The notes: generated by a model not told the origin, from the letters alone. A DNA stretch of 64,000 bases from Phaeosaccion multiseriatum (GCA_965112735.1 OZ218954.1:3100001-3164000), one strand, 5' to 3'; positions 21,760 through 35,546 are shown, counted from the first letter of the stretch. Numbers and translations: made by a program.

Positions 21760-22671
21760 ATGGATGAGTCATTGTACGATGAGTTTGGTAATTATATGGG
21801 CCCGGAGCTCGACGATAGTAGTGACGAGGAGTCAGAGGTGAGCAAGAGAAGACGGGCTTCGTGCCAAGGGCGCGAGGCTTTCCGCCCTTCACCCGCCCCG
21901 TGTTACGGGGGCTGGTTCGAGTTGGTCCCCTCCCTGGCGGTTTTTTTCCGTTTTTGATGAGCTTTCATCTCTGCGGAGTGAAGAGCTTGCCAAGTCTGGT
22001 CTCTCCTTGCCCCAACCAGGCCACCACCCCTCTCCAGTCTTGATGCGAGTGCGTTGCTGTTCACGCGGATATAGAGAGCCTCGCGAATCCCTCTCTTGCT
22101 CTCTCTCTCTCTCTCTTGCTACTGGCCTGCTACCACCTTCTACACGGAACCAAGTGGTTCCTCCCTCCCATCTCGTCCAGTTGATCTGATCTCACCTCAC
22201 CTCGCCCCCACCCCCACCCCTCCTCCGCCCAACCCTTTACACCCACCCACACCCTCCTTCCCGCACACACCAACACACACGCAAACACACACACACACAC
22301 ACACACGTCAACCACGAACCACTCACCAGGAGGAGGTTGAGGAGGAGGAGCAAGAGGAGGGCAGGGAAGGGGCACTGGTGGATGGGCAAATAGGCGGGGC
22401 TGAGATCCACGTGGAGGCACAACAGGATGCTATCGTGCTGCACGAGGATAAGGAGTACTACCCCGAGGCGAAGGAGGTGTGTAGTGCTACGTGTGTGAGG
22501 CAGGGGATGGCAGTGGGTGGGGGGCTGAGCACGTGTGTGAGCAGATGGACAGGCTGGCACACGGGCAAGGCAGAACAAACAGATGGACAGAGAGAGAGGG
22601 AAAAAGATAAACAGGCAGAAACTTAAAAAGAAAGTACAAACCTAAATACAGAGAGAGACGGACAGGCAGAT

Positions 22672-22703
<32 letters not shown>

Positions 22704-24144
22704 AGGCAGACAGACAAACAGGCAGACAGACAAACAAGAGTACCTTGGTGCTGCAGAGCACCCACTAGGCTACAATGTAGCGAAGGAGTCAGTGACAAGC
22801 CTTCCCCCACATCTGCCCCCCTGCCCATCCACTGCCATCCATCCATCTGTTGCATCCACACAACCACAGGTGTACGGCGAAGCGGAGACGGTGACCCTTG
22901 ACGAGGACGCGATGGCACTGGATGAGCCGCTCATCGCCCCCGTCACCATCAAGACCTTCTCCTCCACAGAGAAGGAGGTGCCCCCCACCGTGTACTCGTT
23001 GGAGTTTCAGGTGGGTAGGATCCGCGACCCCTTGTCCCGTCCACTCATGGACTGCCATCCATCCATCCATGCATCCATCCGTCAATCAATCCCCTCTCCT
23101 CTCTTTATCAATCTCTACTCTCTCGCTCTCTCTTCGATCTGCTCCTATACCCTCCTCTCTCCCCTTATCTCTCTTCTCGCTCTCTTTTGCTCTCACCCCC
23201 TCCACTCCCCCTCTGTCTCTTGTTCTCACCCCTCCCTCCCCTCCCTCCCCTCCCTCCCTCCTCGCTCCCTCCCTCCCTCCCTCCCTCCCTCCCTCCTCCC
23301 TCCTCCCTCCTCTTCCTTCCCTCCCTCCCTCCTCTCCCCTCTCTCCCTTCCCCTCTGTATCACCAACCCCCCTCCTCCTCACCCCCCAGGCGGGCTTGAT
23401 GGAGAACCCGAGCCTCATCCGCAACACCGCCATTGTGGGGCAGTTGGGGCACGGTAAGACCACCTTCATGGACGTTCTCATCAACGAGGTGAGGTTGGGC
23501 AGTTGGTGATACTGGGGAGGGAGGGAGAGGGATGGAGGGAGGGAGGGAGGGAGGGAGGGGCAGAAAAGGGGCAGTGAGTATCAATGCACACGGTTGTACT
23601 CGACTGATTGGTGCCTGCCTCTTGCTGGCTGGCTTGTTGCTTGCCTTCCCTCTTCCCGCTTTTGTCGTGATTGACATTCTCAGACGCGAGTCACCCCTCT
23701 TCAGAAGCTGAACAGCAGCATCAACCCCAGGTACGATTGAACGGTTACATAACGGTTATACATACACTGTTAGCTGTTGTTGTCCGTTAACGACGCATTC
23801 ATATCATCTCTCTCTCTCTCCTCTAGTCTCTTGCAATCGAACCGACGTCCGATCACCCCTCTCTGGTCTAACAACAGCTTGAAACTCAAACCATGACCAC
23901 AAACCAACAACCCACGCACAAACTGTTACAAAACGCCAACGAAACGCCCCATCAACAACACCACCAACACCACCACCACGACAGATACACTGACACACGG
24001 GCGGATGAGCAGGCCCGCATGATGAGCATCAAGAGCACCCCTGTGAGTGTGGTAATGGAGTCGGCAAGGGGCAAGAACTACATCACCAACCTCGTAGACT
24101 GCCCGGGGCACATCAACTTCAACGACGAGAGCGTGGCCGCGATG

Positions 24145-24216
<72 letters not shown>

Positions 24217-24730
24217 TGGGTGGGAGGGGGTGCGGTTGGAGTGGGTGGGGTGGGATCGTGGGGGTGCGGGATTATTATCTTCCCTCTTTCTCACCTCTCC
24301 AAACCGCAACCTGCAGTGCACCACTCATTCCCCTCCTCCCCTTCCCTCCCCTCCACTCTACTCCCCCCCTCCCCTCCTCTCCCCTCCTCTCCCCTCCTCT
24401 CCCGTCCCCTCCTCCCCTCCCCTCCTCTCCCCTCCCCTAACACACACCTCACAACAGGGCGTGCGACGGTGTGGTGGTGTGTGTGGACGCCATCGAGGGG
24501 GTGATGATGCACACGGAGGAGCTGATCAAGCAGGCGCTCAGGGAGGGCCTTGCAATCACTCTCCTCATTAGCAAGGTAGGTCAGCTGCTCAGCGCTCAGT
24601 GGTCAGTCGGTCAGGAAGGAATGAAGTCAGTCAGTCAGTCAGTCAGTCATGATTGTGTCCTCACTCCTCAGTCTTTATTCAATCACTTCCGCCCTCCCTC
24701 CCTCCCTCCCTCCCTCCCTCCCTCCCTCCC

Positions 24731-24767
<37 letters not shown>

Positions 24768-25624
24768 GACAGGTTGATTCTGGAGTTGAAGCTCCCCCCG
24801 CAAGATGCCTACTTCAAGCTGCTAAGCATCATCGGAGAAGTCAATGACGTCATCGTCGCCAACTCACTGGAGGTGAGGGTGTCTTGTCTGAGTGTGTGCG
24901 TGTGTGTCTTGTATGCGGGTGTGTGTCTCTCTCTCTGTGTGTGGAATCTCTCTCTCTCCCTCTCCCGCCCCCCCCTCACCCCTCCCCTCCGCTCCACCCC
25001 TCCCTCCCTCCTTCCAACCTTTAACAGCCGATCAAGCTGCACCCTGTCAAGGGCAACGTGTGTTTCTCCTCGGGGCAGCACGGTTGGTGCTTCACGCTCC
25101 AGTCCTTCGCCAACAAATACAGTGACTTCTTCGGAGGAGGTCAGTGTCATCAGTTTCAGGTTCAGTTTCAGGTTCAGGTTCAGGATCCACTTTCAGTATG
25201 CTGAAAAAATAGAGAAAGAAAATGTACTGCCTTCCCCACCCCTCTCCCTTCCTTCAAACCCACGTAGCCACCTACCCACACTCACTCACTCAATGACTCA
25301 CTGACTCACTGACTCACTGACTCACTCACCCTACTCACCCCCCCACCCACCTACCCACCCACTTACCCACCCACTCCCTTACACTTGCAGTGGATGCCAA
25401 GATGCTTGCCAAGCGGCTGTGGGGGGACGTCTTTTTACATCCCGACACCAACACCTTTGTCCGAAAGAACCCGGGGGGCGATGTGCAGCGCTCCTTTGTG
25501 CAGTTCATCCTCGAGCCCCTCTACAAGATTTACAGCCACGTGTTGGGGGAGGAGTCGGAGGCCTTGCATGTGAGTGCGTGCGTGGGGCTGCGCGGGTGTG
25601 TGTGAGTGTGTGTGAGTGTGTGTG

Positions 25625-25685
<61 letters not shown>

Positions 25686-27864
25686 GTGTGTGTATGTGTG
25701 TGTCTGCTGGGGTCACTTTCGCCCTCCTCATCCACCCACCCACCACTCCCTCCCTCTCCTCCTTCCTCCCTCTCCCCCTCCCCCCCCTTAACCAGTTGGT
25801 ACTCCAAGAACTAGGCCTCTCCCTGAAGAAGGAGGAGCTGTACCTAGACCCTAAGCCGCTGTTGAGACTTGTGCTCACCTCCTTCTTTGGTGGGGTGGGA
25901 GGGTTTGTTGACATGCTGGTACGGCACGTGCCCTCACCGCAGGAGAGCGCCGCACGGAAGGTATGTGTGTGTGTGTGTGTGTATGTGTGTGTTGTGTAGG
26001 GGAGGGAGGGAGGGAGGAGGGGAGGGATCTGTCTATCTGCAAGTCTCTCCGTGGATGTAGTTCCATGGGACAGATCCTGTATAGACGTTGAAATCGATCG
26101 TTCCGATACCAAAACACGAATCGATATCGAGGACTGCACTTGGCGTTTCCCTCTCTCCCCACCGCAAACCTATTGACTTATCCTCCCTTCCCCCCTTCCA
26201 CTCACCCACGCACCCACCCATTGACTTAATACCCACTCACCCCCAATCCCGTCAGGTGGCCCACCTGTATACAGGCCCGCTCTCCTCCGAGTTGGGTGTG
26301 TCTATGGCAGCCTGTGACCCCATGGGCCCCCTCTTGATGAATGTGGTGAAGCTCTACTCGTCACCCGATGGAAAGACGTTTGACGCCTTTGCGAGGATCT
26401 ATTCAGGCACTGTCAAGCTTGGCGACAAGCTCAAGGTACGTGCAGTATGTTAAGGTTACATAAGGGTTAGATAAGCTTTTGGAAAGGGTTAGGTCTTTCC
26501 TTCTGTCCCTCAACCCAAACCCCATCGCCCCATACATACACCAACTGACAAACACCATTTTGTTTATTGACTTATTGCTCACCGTCTGTATCACCAACCC
26601 CCTAGGTGCTGGGCGAGGCCTACACAGCGGAGGATGATGAAGATATGTCTGTGCAGGAGGTCACCGCCATCGGAGTCCCGCAGGTAATAACCCACTCACT
26701 GACTTACTCACTGACTGACTCACTCAAGTAGTCACTCGCTATCTCACTCACTCACTCACTCACTCACTCACTCACTCACTCACTCACTCACTCACTCACT
26801 CACTCACTCACTCACTCACTCACTCACTCACTCACTCACTCGCTCTCTCACTCACTCCCTCACTCACTCCCTCACTCACTTACTCACTCACTCACTCACT
26901 CACTCACTCACTCACCCCCTCACTAACCCACTCACCCCTAATCCACCCCCTCACCCCCATCCACTGCCATCTCATCATCCTCTGCCATATTCCAAACTCA
27001 GGGGAGGACCACGGTGGACCTAAACATGGCCAAGGCCGGCAACTGGGTGCTGTTACAGGGGGCAGATGCCTCCATCAGCAAGACGGCCACGCTCATTGCC
27101 GTAGACCACGAGGACGACGGGAGTGCCGCCATCTTCCGGCCACTGGTCTTCTCGGTGAGGGGAGTGGGGAGGGAGGGAGGGAGTGGAGTGGTGGGAGGGA
27201 GGGAGGGAGGAAGGAGGATGGAGGGAGGGGGCCCAGAGGCGGCGTTTCCATGTTCCGTGCTTGTATGAGAAGGGTCGTTGCCTCTCCCCTCCCTCCATCT
27301 CCAATCTGTCCCTTCTCCTCTCCTTCTCCTACCCCCCCTCCCTTGCCTCTTCCTCTTCCTCTTCCTCTGCTCTCTTCTTATCTCTCCCTTCTCCCCTCCC
27401 TCCCTCCCTCCCTCCCTCCCTCCCTCCTTCTGCGCAGGGCGTGTCGGTGGTAAAGCTTGCCGTGGAGCCTCTCAACCCTGCAGAGCTGCCCAAGATGGTG
27501 GAGGTGCGTGCGTGTGTGCGTGTGTGCGTGCGTGTGTGTGTGTGCGTGTGTGTGTGCGTGTGTGTGTGTGTGTGTTGTGTGTGTGTGTGCGTGTGTGTGT
27601 GTGTGTGTGTGTCAACCCTGTTCACCTGCGCAAGGTGGCCTGTTGGGCTCGAGAACGAACGGACGGCACACCCCCCTCCCCTCCGTCCCTAACCCCTCCC
27701 CTCCTTCCTCTCTCTCAGGGTCTGCGGCGCATCAACAAGAGCTACCCTCTGATAAGCACTCGCGTGGAGGAGAGCGGTGAGCACATTGTCATGGGACCGG
27801 GAGAGCTCTACATGGACTGCGCTATGCACGACCTTCGTATCATGTACAGCGAGATAGAGGTCAA

Positions 27865-27920
<56 letters not shown>

Positions 27921-29589
27921 ATGGGCAAGCAGGCATGTCAGGCGTATGGGTAGGCATATGCTGAGCTAGGCTGAACCTTCGTATCATGTACAGCGAGTTC
28001 GAGGTCAAGGTGGGATGAGAGAGAGAGAGAGAGAGAGAGAAGGAGAGAGAGAGAGAGAGAGAGCGGAAGGGAGGGAGAAAACACATCCAAGCCACCTTGT
28101 TGCACTGAATCACACGTGAACAGAAACTCAAACTCAAACTCAACAACCTCTCAAACCTTTTACATCTCACACAAAACGCCACAACAACAGGTGGCTGATC
28201 CGACGACGGCCTTCTGTGAGACGGTGGTGGAGACGAGCAGTCTCAAGTGCTTTAGCGAAACGCCCAACACACACAACAAGCTCACCATGATTGCAGAGCC
28301 GTTGGAGGAGGGGCTGGCGGAGGACATTGAGAGGGGAGAGGTGGACTTGGTTGGCTGGGACGCCAAGACAGTGGGGGAGGTGAGTGAGTGAGTGAGTGGA
28401 AGGAGTGGTGGAGAGGTTCCCCAGTCCGAAAGAGCGGGTCTTCCTTTACTCCTACGTCTGAAATCAGTTCTCGCCCCTCACCCTCCCTCCCTCCCTCCCT
28501 CCCTCCCTCCCTCCCTACCCTCCTCCCTCCCCTCCCTCCCTCTCTCCCTCCCTCCCTCTCCCTCCCTCCCTCCCTCCCTCCCTCCCTCCTTTCCCTCCTC
28601 TCCCTCCCCAGTTTTTCCAAACAAAGTACGATTGGGATTTGCTCGCTGCGCGCTCCATCTGGGCCTTTGGACCAGAGATGGAAGGAGGACCCAACGTACT
28701 GTTGGATGACACGCTGCCCTCGGAGGTGGATAAGAAGAGCCTGGCCTACATTAAGGACTCCATTGTGCAGGTGAGGGAGTTGGTGATACAGAGGGAGGGA
28801 GGGAGGGAGAGAGGGAGGGAGGCAGAGGGATGTGTCAGGACAGAGGTATTCGATATCGAGCATCGGGCGAGTCATTGCCTCTACCCTTACTCCTCTAAAT
28901 CTTCCTTCTCTCCCCCCATCCACTGCCATTCCCTAAGGGCTTCCAATGGGGATGCAGAGAAGGACCTCTGTGCGACGAGCCCATTCGAAACACAAAGTTC
29001 AAGGTAAGGAAGGAATAGAAGGAATAATATGTACGCACAACGGAAACTTCCATGGTTGGCCCCTTCTGAAGGTTTGAAAAGTGTTTTCTGCAAAAGTCAG
29101 CGAAGACTTTCTCGCGAAGAACCCCGTGTTGGCTCTGCCACTCTTCCCCCCTTTTTTTATTTTTCTTCTCAGCAGAAAATGACTTGTATCAGTCACTTTA
29201 TGAACTTGCGGCTCCACACTCAAACTCAAAACTACTCCACCCCCCACGCATACCATATTTCACCTCCCCCCCCCCCTCCCATCCCATGCGTATCACCAAC
29301 TTCCCTAGGTCCTCGACGCTACCATTGCCTCCGAGCCCATTCATCGTGGGGGAGGGCAGATCATCCCCACCGCCCGGAGAGTAGTGTACTCGTCCTTCCT
29401 CATGGCCACGCCTCGTCTGATGGAGCCTGTCTACCGAGTGGAAATTCAGGTGATGATATGGAGGGAGGGGAGAGAGGGAGGGAGGAAGGGGGGAGGCAGG
29501 GAGAGGGAGAGGGAGGAAGGGAGAGGGAGGTGGGAGGAGAAAGAGAGCACGAGAGAGAGAGAGACGAGAGAGCAAGAGAGAGAGAGAGG

Positions 29590-29624
<35 letters not shown>

Positions 29625-31847
29625 GGAGTAAGAGAGAGCGCTGCTTCTGTCTACCGAGTGCATTCTCAGGATGATGGTTTGTCAGAAGCACGAGGGGAGG
29701 GTCACGCGTTCGCTCGCCTTCGTTCCCTCGCTGCGAGCTTTCTCATACGTTATCAAGACTTGGAAGTCGTTTCTCTCACCCCCTCCCTCCCTCCCTCCCT
29801 CCCTCCCTCCCTCCCTCCCTCCCTCCCTCCCTCCCTCCCTCCCTCCCTCCCTCCCTCCCTCTTCCTTCCCTCCCTCCCTCCCTCCCTCCCTCCCTCCCTC
29901 CCTCAGGCCCCCGCCGATGTGATTAGCGCAGTGTACCCTGTGCTACAGAAGCGAAGGGGTCACATTGTGCGTGATGCACCAAAGCCGGGGGCTCCTTTCT
30001 ACACAATGAAGGCCTTTATTCCCGTCATTGACAGCTTCGGCTTTGAGACGGACCTCAGGTGGGGTGAGGGGTGGGCTGACAGATACCTATGCGTTTCTGA
30101 AACGCGTGTGTGAGGTTTCTGAAACGCTGCCTGCCTCAGACGGAATGCTGACTTTTTTATTGACCCCTGCTCCTCCTCCTCCTCCTGCTGCTGCTCCTCC
30201 TCCTGCTCCTCCCACTCCCGCTCCTCCTCCTCTTCCTCCTCCTCCTCCTCCTCCTCCTCCTCCTCCTCCTCCTCCTCCTCCTCCTCCTCCTCCTCCTCCT
30301 CCTCCTCCTCCTCCTCCTCTTCTTCTTCCTCCTCCTCCTCTTCTTCCTCCTCCTTGCCCTCCATGCACTGCCATCCTCAGATCCTACACACACGGCCAGG
30401 CCTTTTGCATGCAGGAGTTTGACCACTGGCAGGTGGTGCCAGGAGACCCGCTGGATAGGAGGTGAGTTGTTGAAGTGTTCGTGAGCGAGCGAGGGAGGGG
30501 GGGAGGGAGGGAGGCAGTGAGAGAGGGGGAGGAAGGGAGGCAGTGAGAGAGGGGGAGGGAGGGAGGGAGGGAGGGAGGTAGGGAGGGAGGGAGTATGAGA
30601 GACGAGTTGAAGAGACTCTTCGAAAGGCCCTCAGAAGGCCCTCAGAAGGGCGGGTGAAGGACATCGTTTTGACGTACCTTCCCTAGCGAGCTCACGAAGT
30701 GTGGGGTTAAAGAGCACCAAGGCAAGGAGCAAAGGCAAGAGGCGCGCCCCATCCCAGCTGACTGTGACTTGTATCTCTGCTGCTCCGTCCCTCCTCCTTC
30801 TGCTCCGCCCCTCCTCCTTCTGATCCTCCTCCTCCTCCTCCTCCTCCTGCTCCTCCTCCTCCTTCTGCTCCTCCTCCTCCTCCTCCTCCTCCTCCTCCTC
30901 CTCCTCCTCCTCCTCCTTCTCCTCCTTCTCCTCCTCCTCCTCCTCCTCCTCCTCCTCCTCCTCCTCCTCCCCCTCCTCTTCCTCTTCCTCTTCCTCCTCC
31001 TCCTCCTCCTCCTCCTCCTCCTCCTCCTCCTCCTCCTCCTCCATCTTCTCCACTGCTATCCCCACCCACTGCCATCCATCCCTCCGCCTCCTTCCATCCA
31101 TCCACTGCCATCCATGTACTCAGTATCGTGCTGCACCCCCTGGAGCCAAGCCCTGTGCAGCACCTCGCCAGGGACTTCATGGTCAAGACCAGGCGCAGGA
31201 AGGTCCGTACTCCGTAACCGTCAAAGACCTTGTGACTTGTGTGTCAGTTTCAGTTTTAGATGAGTCCCAGATCTAACTGAACTGAACCTCTTGGGATCGA
31301 TGTATTGGTGAAGGGGTCTTATGAACATATGAACAGAACAGAGCCCTCTTGAACCTCTATTCGATATACCGTCCATTGCCATCTGCCCTCACTGACTCCC
31401 TGCGTTCTCCCTGTGCTGCGCTCACTCTCACTCAGGGTTTGAGTGAAGACGTGTCCATCAACAAGGTACGCAGTGGATGGATGGCAGCAGATGGCAGAAG
31501 ATGGAAGTTGGTGTTATTGCAGTGGATGGCAGTTGGATATTCTGGCAGTGGATGGCAGTGGATGTTCGAGGATGGTCGACTCACAGCTTCTCGTCTCCCC
31601 CCTCCCCCTTGCCATCCTTGCTATGTACTGCCATCCACTACCGTCCATTGCCATTCACTACCATCCACTACCATCCACTTCCATCCACTGCCATCCACTA
31701 CCATCTACTGCCATCCACTACCATCCACTGCCATCCACCACCATGCACTACCGTCCATTGCCATCCACTACAATCCCTTGCCATCCTCAGTTCTTCGACG
31801 ACCCCCGCATGCTGGAGCTCATCGCCAGTCAGGAAATGGACTTCTAA
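21760..31847 (+). CDS. EFTUD2: U5 snRNP 116 kDa GTPase (EFTUD2/Snu114); 25 exons, ~977 aa
   Basis: Exons 21760-21837, 22330-22476, 22870-23010, 23390-23488, 23684-23730, 23985-24146, 24458-24575, 24765-24872, 25028-25139, 25391-25569, 25796-25960, 26256-26435, 26606-26683, 27002-27154, 27438-27503, 27719-27865, 28191-28379, 28612-28770, 28938-29003, 29309-29449, 29907-30058, 30381-30461, 31124-31202, 31436-31465, 31791-31847. Diagnostic strings: [95 protein letters not shown]. Confidence 0.97.
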
Positions 31848-32388
31848 GAACCTTGCTCTAGGACTGGTCTAGGACCTTTCTTGGTGGAACGTTCTCCCAG
31901 GGACAGACAGACAGACAAAGGGGCAGACAGACAGGCAGACATACAGACAGACGACACGCAGACGGACAGACAGACAGGCAGGCAGACAGAGACAGGCACT
32001 GGTAGCTGTATCACCAACATTTCCACTCACCCACTCTTGAACGTCGGAGGGCCGAGAGCATGGAATGTGTCGGTCACTCATTTGGGCAACTATTGACTAC
32101 AACTCGTTCAACCCCCCACCACCAACAACTATTGACTACAAATCAATCAATCGATCCCATGATCCAATACGAGCGAGTATCAGCGAGAGTCCCATGCCAC
32201 AGGCTGGCGGCGGCACCAGATTCGACGCCCCGAGTAACGTTACAAGTGTATACAAAAAAAAAAAAAAATCTTCAATCTTCCTTCCCCTGCAGCCTACTCT
32301 TACAGAACCATGTAAACACCCTCCTTGGCTCTAAACATGAGCTTGTAGCGCCTTAAATCGGCATCGGGTTTTCCTTCCCACTTCGCTC

Positions 32389-33684
32389 ATGGCACGATTA
32401 ATATTCGCAGCCCTTCTACTTGCCTCCCTCCCCCTCCTTGGTCTCCAACTACTGGCCGAGGGAAGATTGACTGGTCAGGGGAGAAGGCTGGAGTCCGACG
32501 AGGCGATTGCAGCTTTGGATGACGACAGTTCCCTGCCCGTGGAGGCGGTTGTCTCCTTCCGGAATATGGCCGATGTCAACACTTTTTGGCAGGCCTTCCT
32601 CGAACACTGGCCTCCAAGCTTAGGGCATTTGCACATCGTGGTGGACATGGGCACTCAAGAGGAGAAGGGGTGGGAACGACTGCGTACTTGCTTGGCTGAG
32701 ACTTCCTACCTGCCGAAGATGACGGCCATGGCCCAAACGAATGTGTCGCTCGACACCACGAGTACGCTGCGGAAGAACCACTGGAAGTTCTTCCTTGACA
32801 AGCATGTGGAAGCACCCATTGTTGCTGTCATCGACGACGACGCTTGCCTGGTGGACCACTTCGTTTACGACGATATTGTCAGCAGCGAGGGGAAGCTGGT
32901 GGCTCGTGGCATGCGCCTCCCTGGGCACCACGATTATAGGGACTGGGTTGAAGGCAATGGTCTACCTTGGGTGGGTCACTTTATGACAGACTTTCCTGTC
33001 TTCTATTGGACGGAGATGCTACCGGACTTGAGGGCGTGGATGGTGCAGCAGGAGCTGGGTCGGCCCATCTCAGAAGCAACCGCCGCAGAAGATTTCTGGC
33101 AGGCTTTTGTGCAAATGTTCAGTCATGGCCCTGGACACCCTAGTGAGTTCAATGTCATCATGAACTTCGCGTACTCGTCGGATAAGTGGAGAGATCGCTA
33201 CGACTGGAAAATTGCTCCGGACGACGTCACGCTAGGCATGGCGCTTCACCAACATGCTGATGGCTGCCCATCCCGTGAGAAGCTGCTCTCTCCCATCGAC
33301 AGTGAGAACACTGGCGACTTGCAGATACGGGAGGTCCTCCTGTTTTACCCTTACACGCTAACAACCAACTTCTGCGGCCCAATGGGTCGACGTCGCCCCC
33401 ACCAATGTGAGGGCACTGATGCCGATACCTTCGTCCCCTCCAACTGGGGGCCGTTCGGGCACGATCCAAACTTCATTGAGCTCTTTAAGCAAGGCCCCCT
33501 CCCCGTCCCCAGCATGATGGCGACGACGCCTGGATGTGGAACGGGGGACCAGACAGAATGGGAAGCGGTGCTGGGCGAGCATGAAGCAGCGCTCAAGAGG
33601 TGGTCAGACGGAGGCAGGGCTCTCTCTTACATGGAGCTTGATCCAGACGTGGTAGAGGAATGGAGCAAGTGCTGGAAAAAGTAA
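32389..33684 (+). CDS. Intronless putative GT-A-fold glycosyltransferase-like protein with N-terminal signal/anchor, 431 aa
   Basis: Clean single ORF with complex composition and a hydrophobic N-terminus. KFFLDKHVEAPIVAVIDDDACL is a beta strand followed by a DxD-like motif; also HFMTDFPV and SEFNVIMNFA. Function inferred from motifs. Confidence 0.72.
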   Translation: MARLIFAALLLASLPLLGLQLLAEGRLTGQGRRLESDEAIAALDDDSSLPVEAVVSFRNMADVNTFWQAFLEHWPPSLGHLHIVVDMGTQEEKGWERLRTCLAETSYLPKMTAMAQTNVSLDTTSTLRKNHWKFFLDKHVEAPIVAVIDDDACLVDHFVYDDIVSSEGKLVARGMRLPGHHDYRDWVEGNGLPWVGHFMTDFPVFYWTEMLPDLRAWMVQQELGRPISEATAAEDFWQAFVQMFSHGPGHPSEFNVIMNFAYSSDKWRDRYDWKIAPDDVTLGMALHQHADGCPSREKLLSPIDSENTGDLQIREVLLFYPYTLTTNFCGPMGRRRPHQCEGTDADTFVPSNWGPFGHDPNFIELFKQGPLPVPSMMATTPGCGTGDQTEWEAVLGEHEAALKRWSDGGRALSYMELDPDVVEEWSKCWKK

Positions 33685-33687
33685 AGC

Positions 33688-33747
<60 letters not shown>

Positions 33748-34277
33748 CTGAGAGACTGAGGGCGTCACGTAGTGCGTAGTGCCTGGGCCAGAAACCACGG
33801 AAAGAATATGAAAAGGGGATTAGCGTAGTGTAGTGCAGTGCCACTAATATTAGGAAAGATGATGAGGGAGGTATTGCACTCCCCTTGCCCACCCCTACCT
33901 ACCTGAGGAGCGTAACAAAAACGACTCAACTCGGCGATGGAGGCACTTTAGGGGGGGGGGGAGGGAGGGCCCTCTGGGCTGCAAGACACCCTTATGTAAG
34001 ACCCGCATGGCCCTTACGTAAGGAACAGGAGTTTCAGTTTGTTAGGCCTCCACACGCTGCAGGGCCATAGAACTGAACTTGATAGAGGTTGCAGGAGGCA
34101 ACGATGCCGGCATTCGACTTGTCTCCTCAACACGATGCGTATGTTCAAACTCGCTAAACATTAGTTTGGGGTGGAAGGGGGGGGGGTCATTGGGTGTCTC
34201 TAAAACGGTGGTGTCTTGGTAGGTGAGTGAGCTCTCTTCTTAGGATCGTATATATATAACATCTTACATATGATATG

Positions 34278-34313
<36 letters not shown>

Positions 34314-34507
34314 GTATCTGACCGAGTGCAAATCCTTGGATCTCACTCGCTTGCTCCCGTTTCCTCTCCCCGTGATCACTATCGATATCAAACCCATAAA
34401 AGGGACCAATACATCGATGCCTTTGTTGCCTGCTCCAAGGAGCGCGGGCGATTGGAGACTTTCGGAGGATCCAACCGGGCCACATGGCTCCCACTCCGAC
34501 TACTCCG

Positions 34508-34572
<65 letters not shown>

Positions 34573-34577
34573 AACCC

Positions 34578-35546
34578 CTATGCCCTCTCCCTCTCCCTCT
34601 CCCCCGCTCCGATGATCCACTTCTCTAACGCCGACTGCTCCTCCTCCAGCGAGCTCAACACCACAGACAGGGCATTCTTGTCCCTCTCAATCTCCTTCAA
34701 ATAGACCAGTGCTTCCTTCACTGTCACCCCCTCCCCTCCTCCCACCCCTCCCTCCCCTCCGTCCTGATGGAACAGCCCCCCCCCCGCCCTATGGCCCACC
34801 CCCGACCGATTGGTCCGGTCCTCGCAAGCCTGCCTACGTAGTCGGTTTCGAAGGTCCCTCGACACTTGACGGTCGAGAATGGGGTTGTGCAATCTTGTTC
34901 CGGAGGGTGACGAAGGGGAAGGCGAAGCATTCAGTCTTACACCAGCAGCAGCCGCAGCAGTAGGCGAAGAAGATGTAGGAGAGGAGGCGGAGGCCCAAGA
35001 AGAGAGACAAGACGAGGCGAAAGAGGAAGCAGACACTGCTCCCCCACCACTCCCACCAACAGCAACAGCAGTTGGTGATACAGGCCCACCAGCGGCGGCA
35101 GCAGCAGCCGCAGCGGCGGTGGCAAACGCTGACGACACTTCCCTCTGCAGCAGGCCTTGATGCGAGGCCCAAGCCCCTCTGTCGGAAGAGCCAGAAGAGG
35201 CGTGCGTGTGCGTCTGTGGGGGTGTATGCGACAGGGGGGCCGTACTTACAGAGCCAGGCGTGGTTTCTCCTCCCTTCGCTCCTCCTCCTTTACCTCCTGC
35301 TCGTGCTCCTTCTCCCCCTCCTCCTCCTCCTGCTGCTCCTGCCGCCGCTGTATCACCAATTGCTGAGGTATCAGCAACTGCTACTGCTCCTGTTGGTGCG
35401 CCAGAGGCAACAACGAAAGCCCGCTTGTCATCACCCCCTCCCCCTTCCTCGTCTCCTTCCCAATCGTGCTGCAGGGCTCGCCCGAAGGAAGGAGGGTCAA
35501 CACCATCACCGACACCACCAGCACCACCAGCAGCAGCTGGAGCAGT

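Noticed and set aside
21480-21761. 93-aa minus-strand ORF upstream of EFTUD2
   Set aside because: Fills the short divergent promoter and overlaps the EFTUD2 start; no recognisable domain.
33850-34200. Possible structured RNA or tRNA in the intergenic region
   Set aside because: No cloverleaf, A/B boxes or snRNA motifs could be identified.
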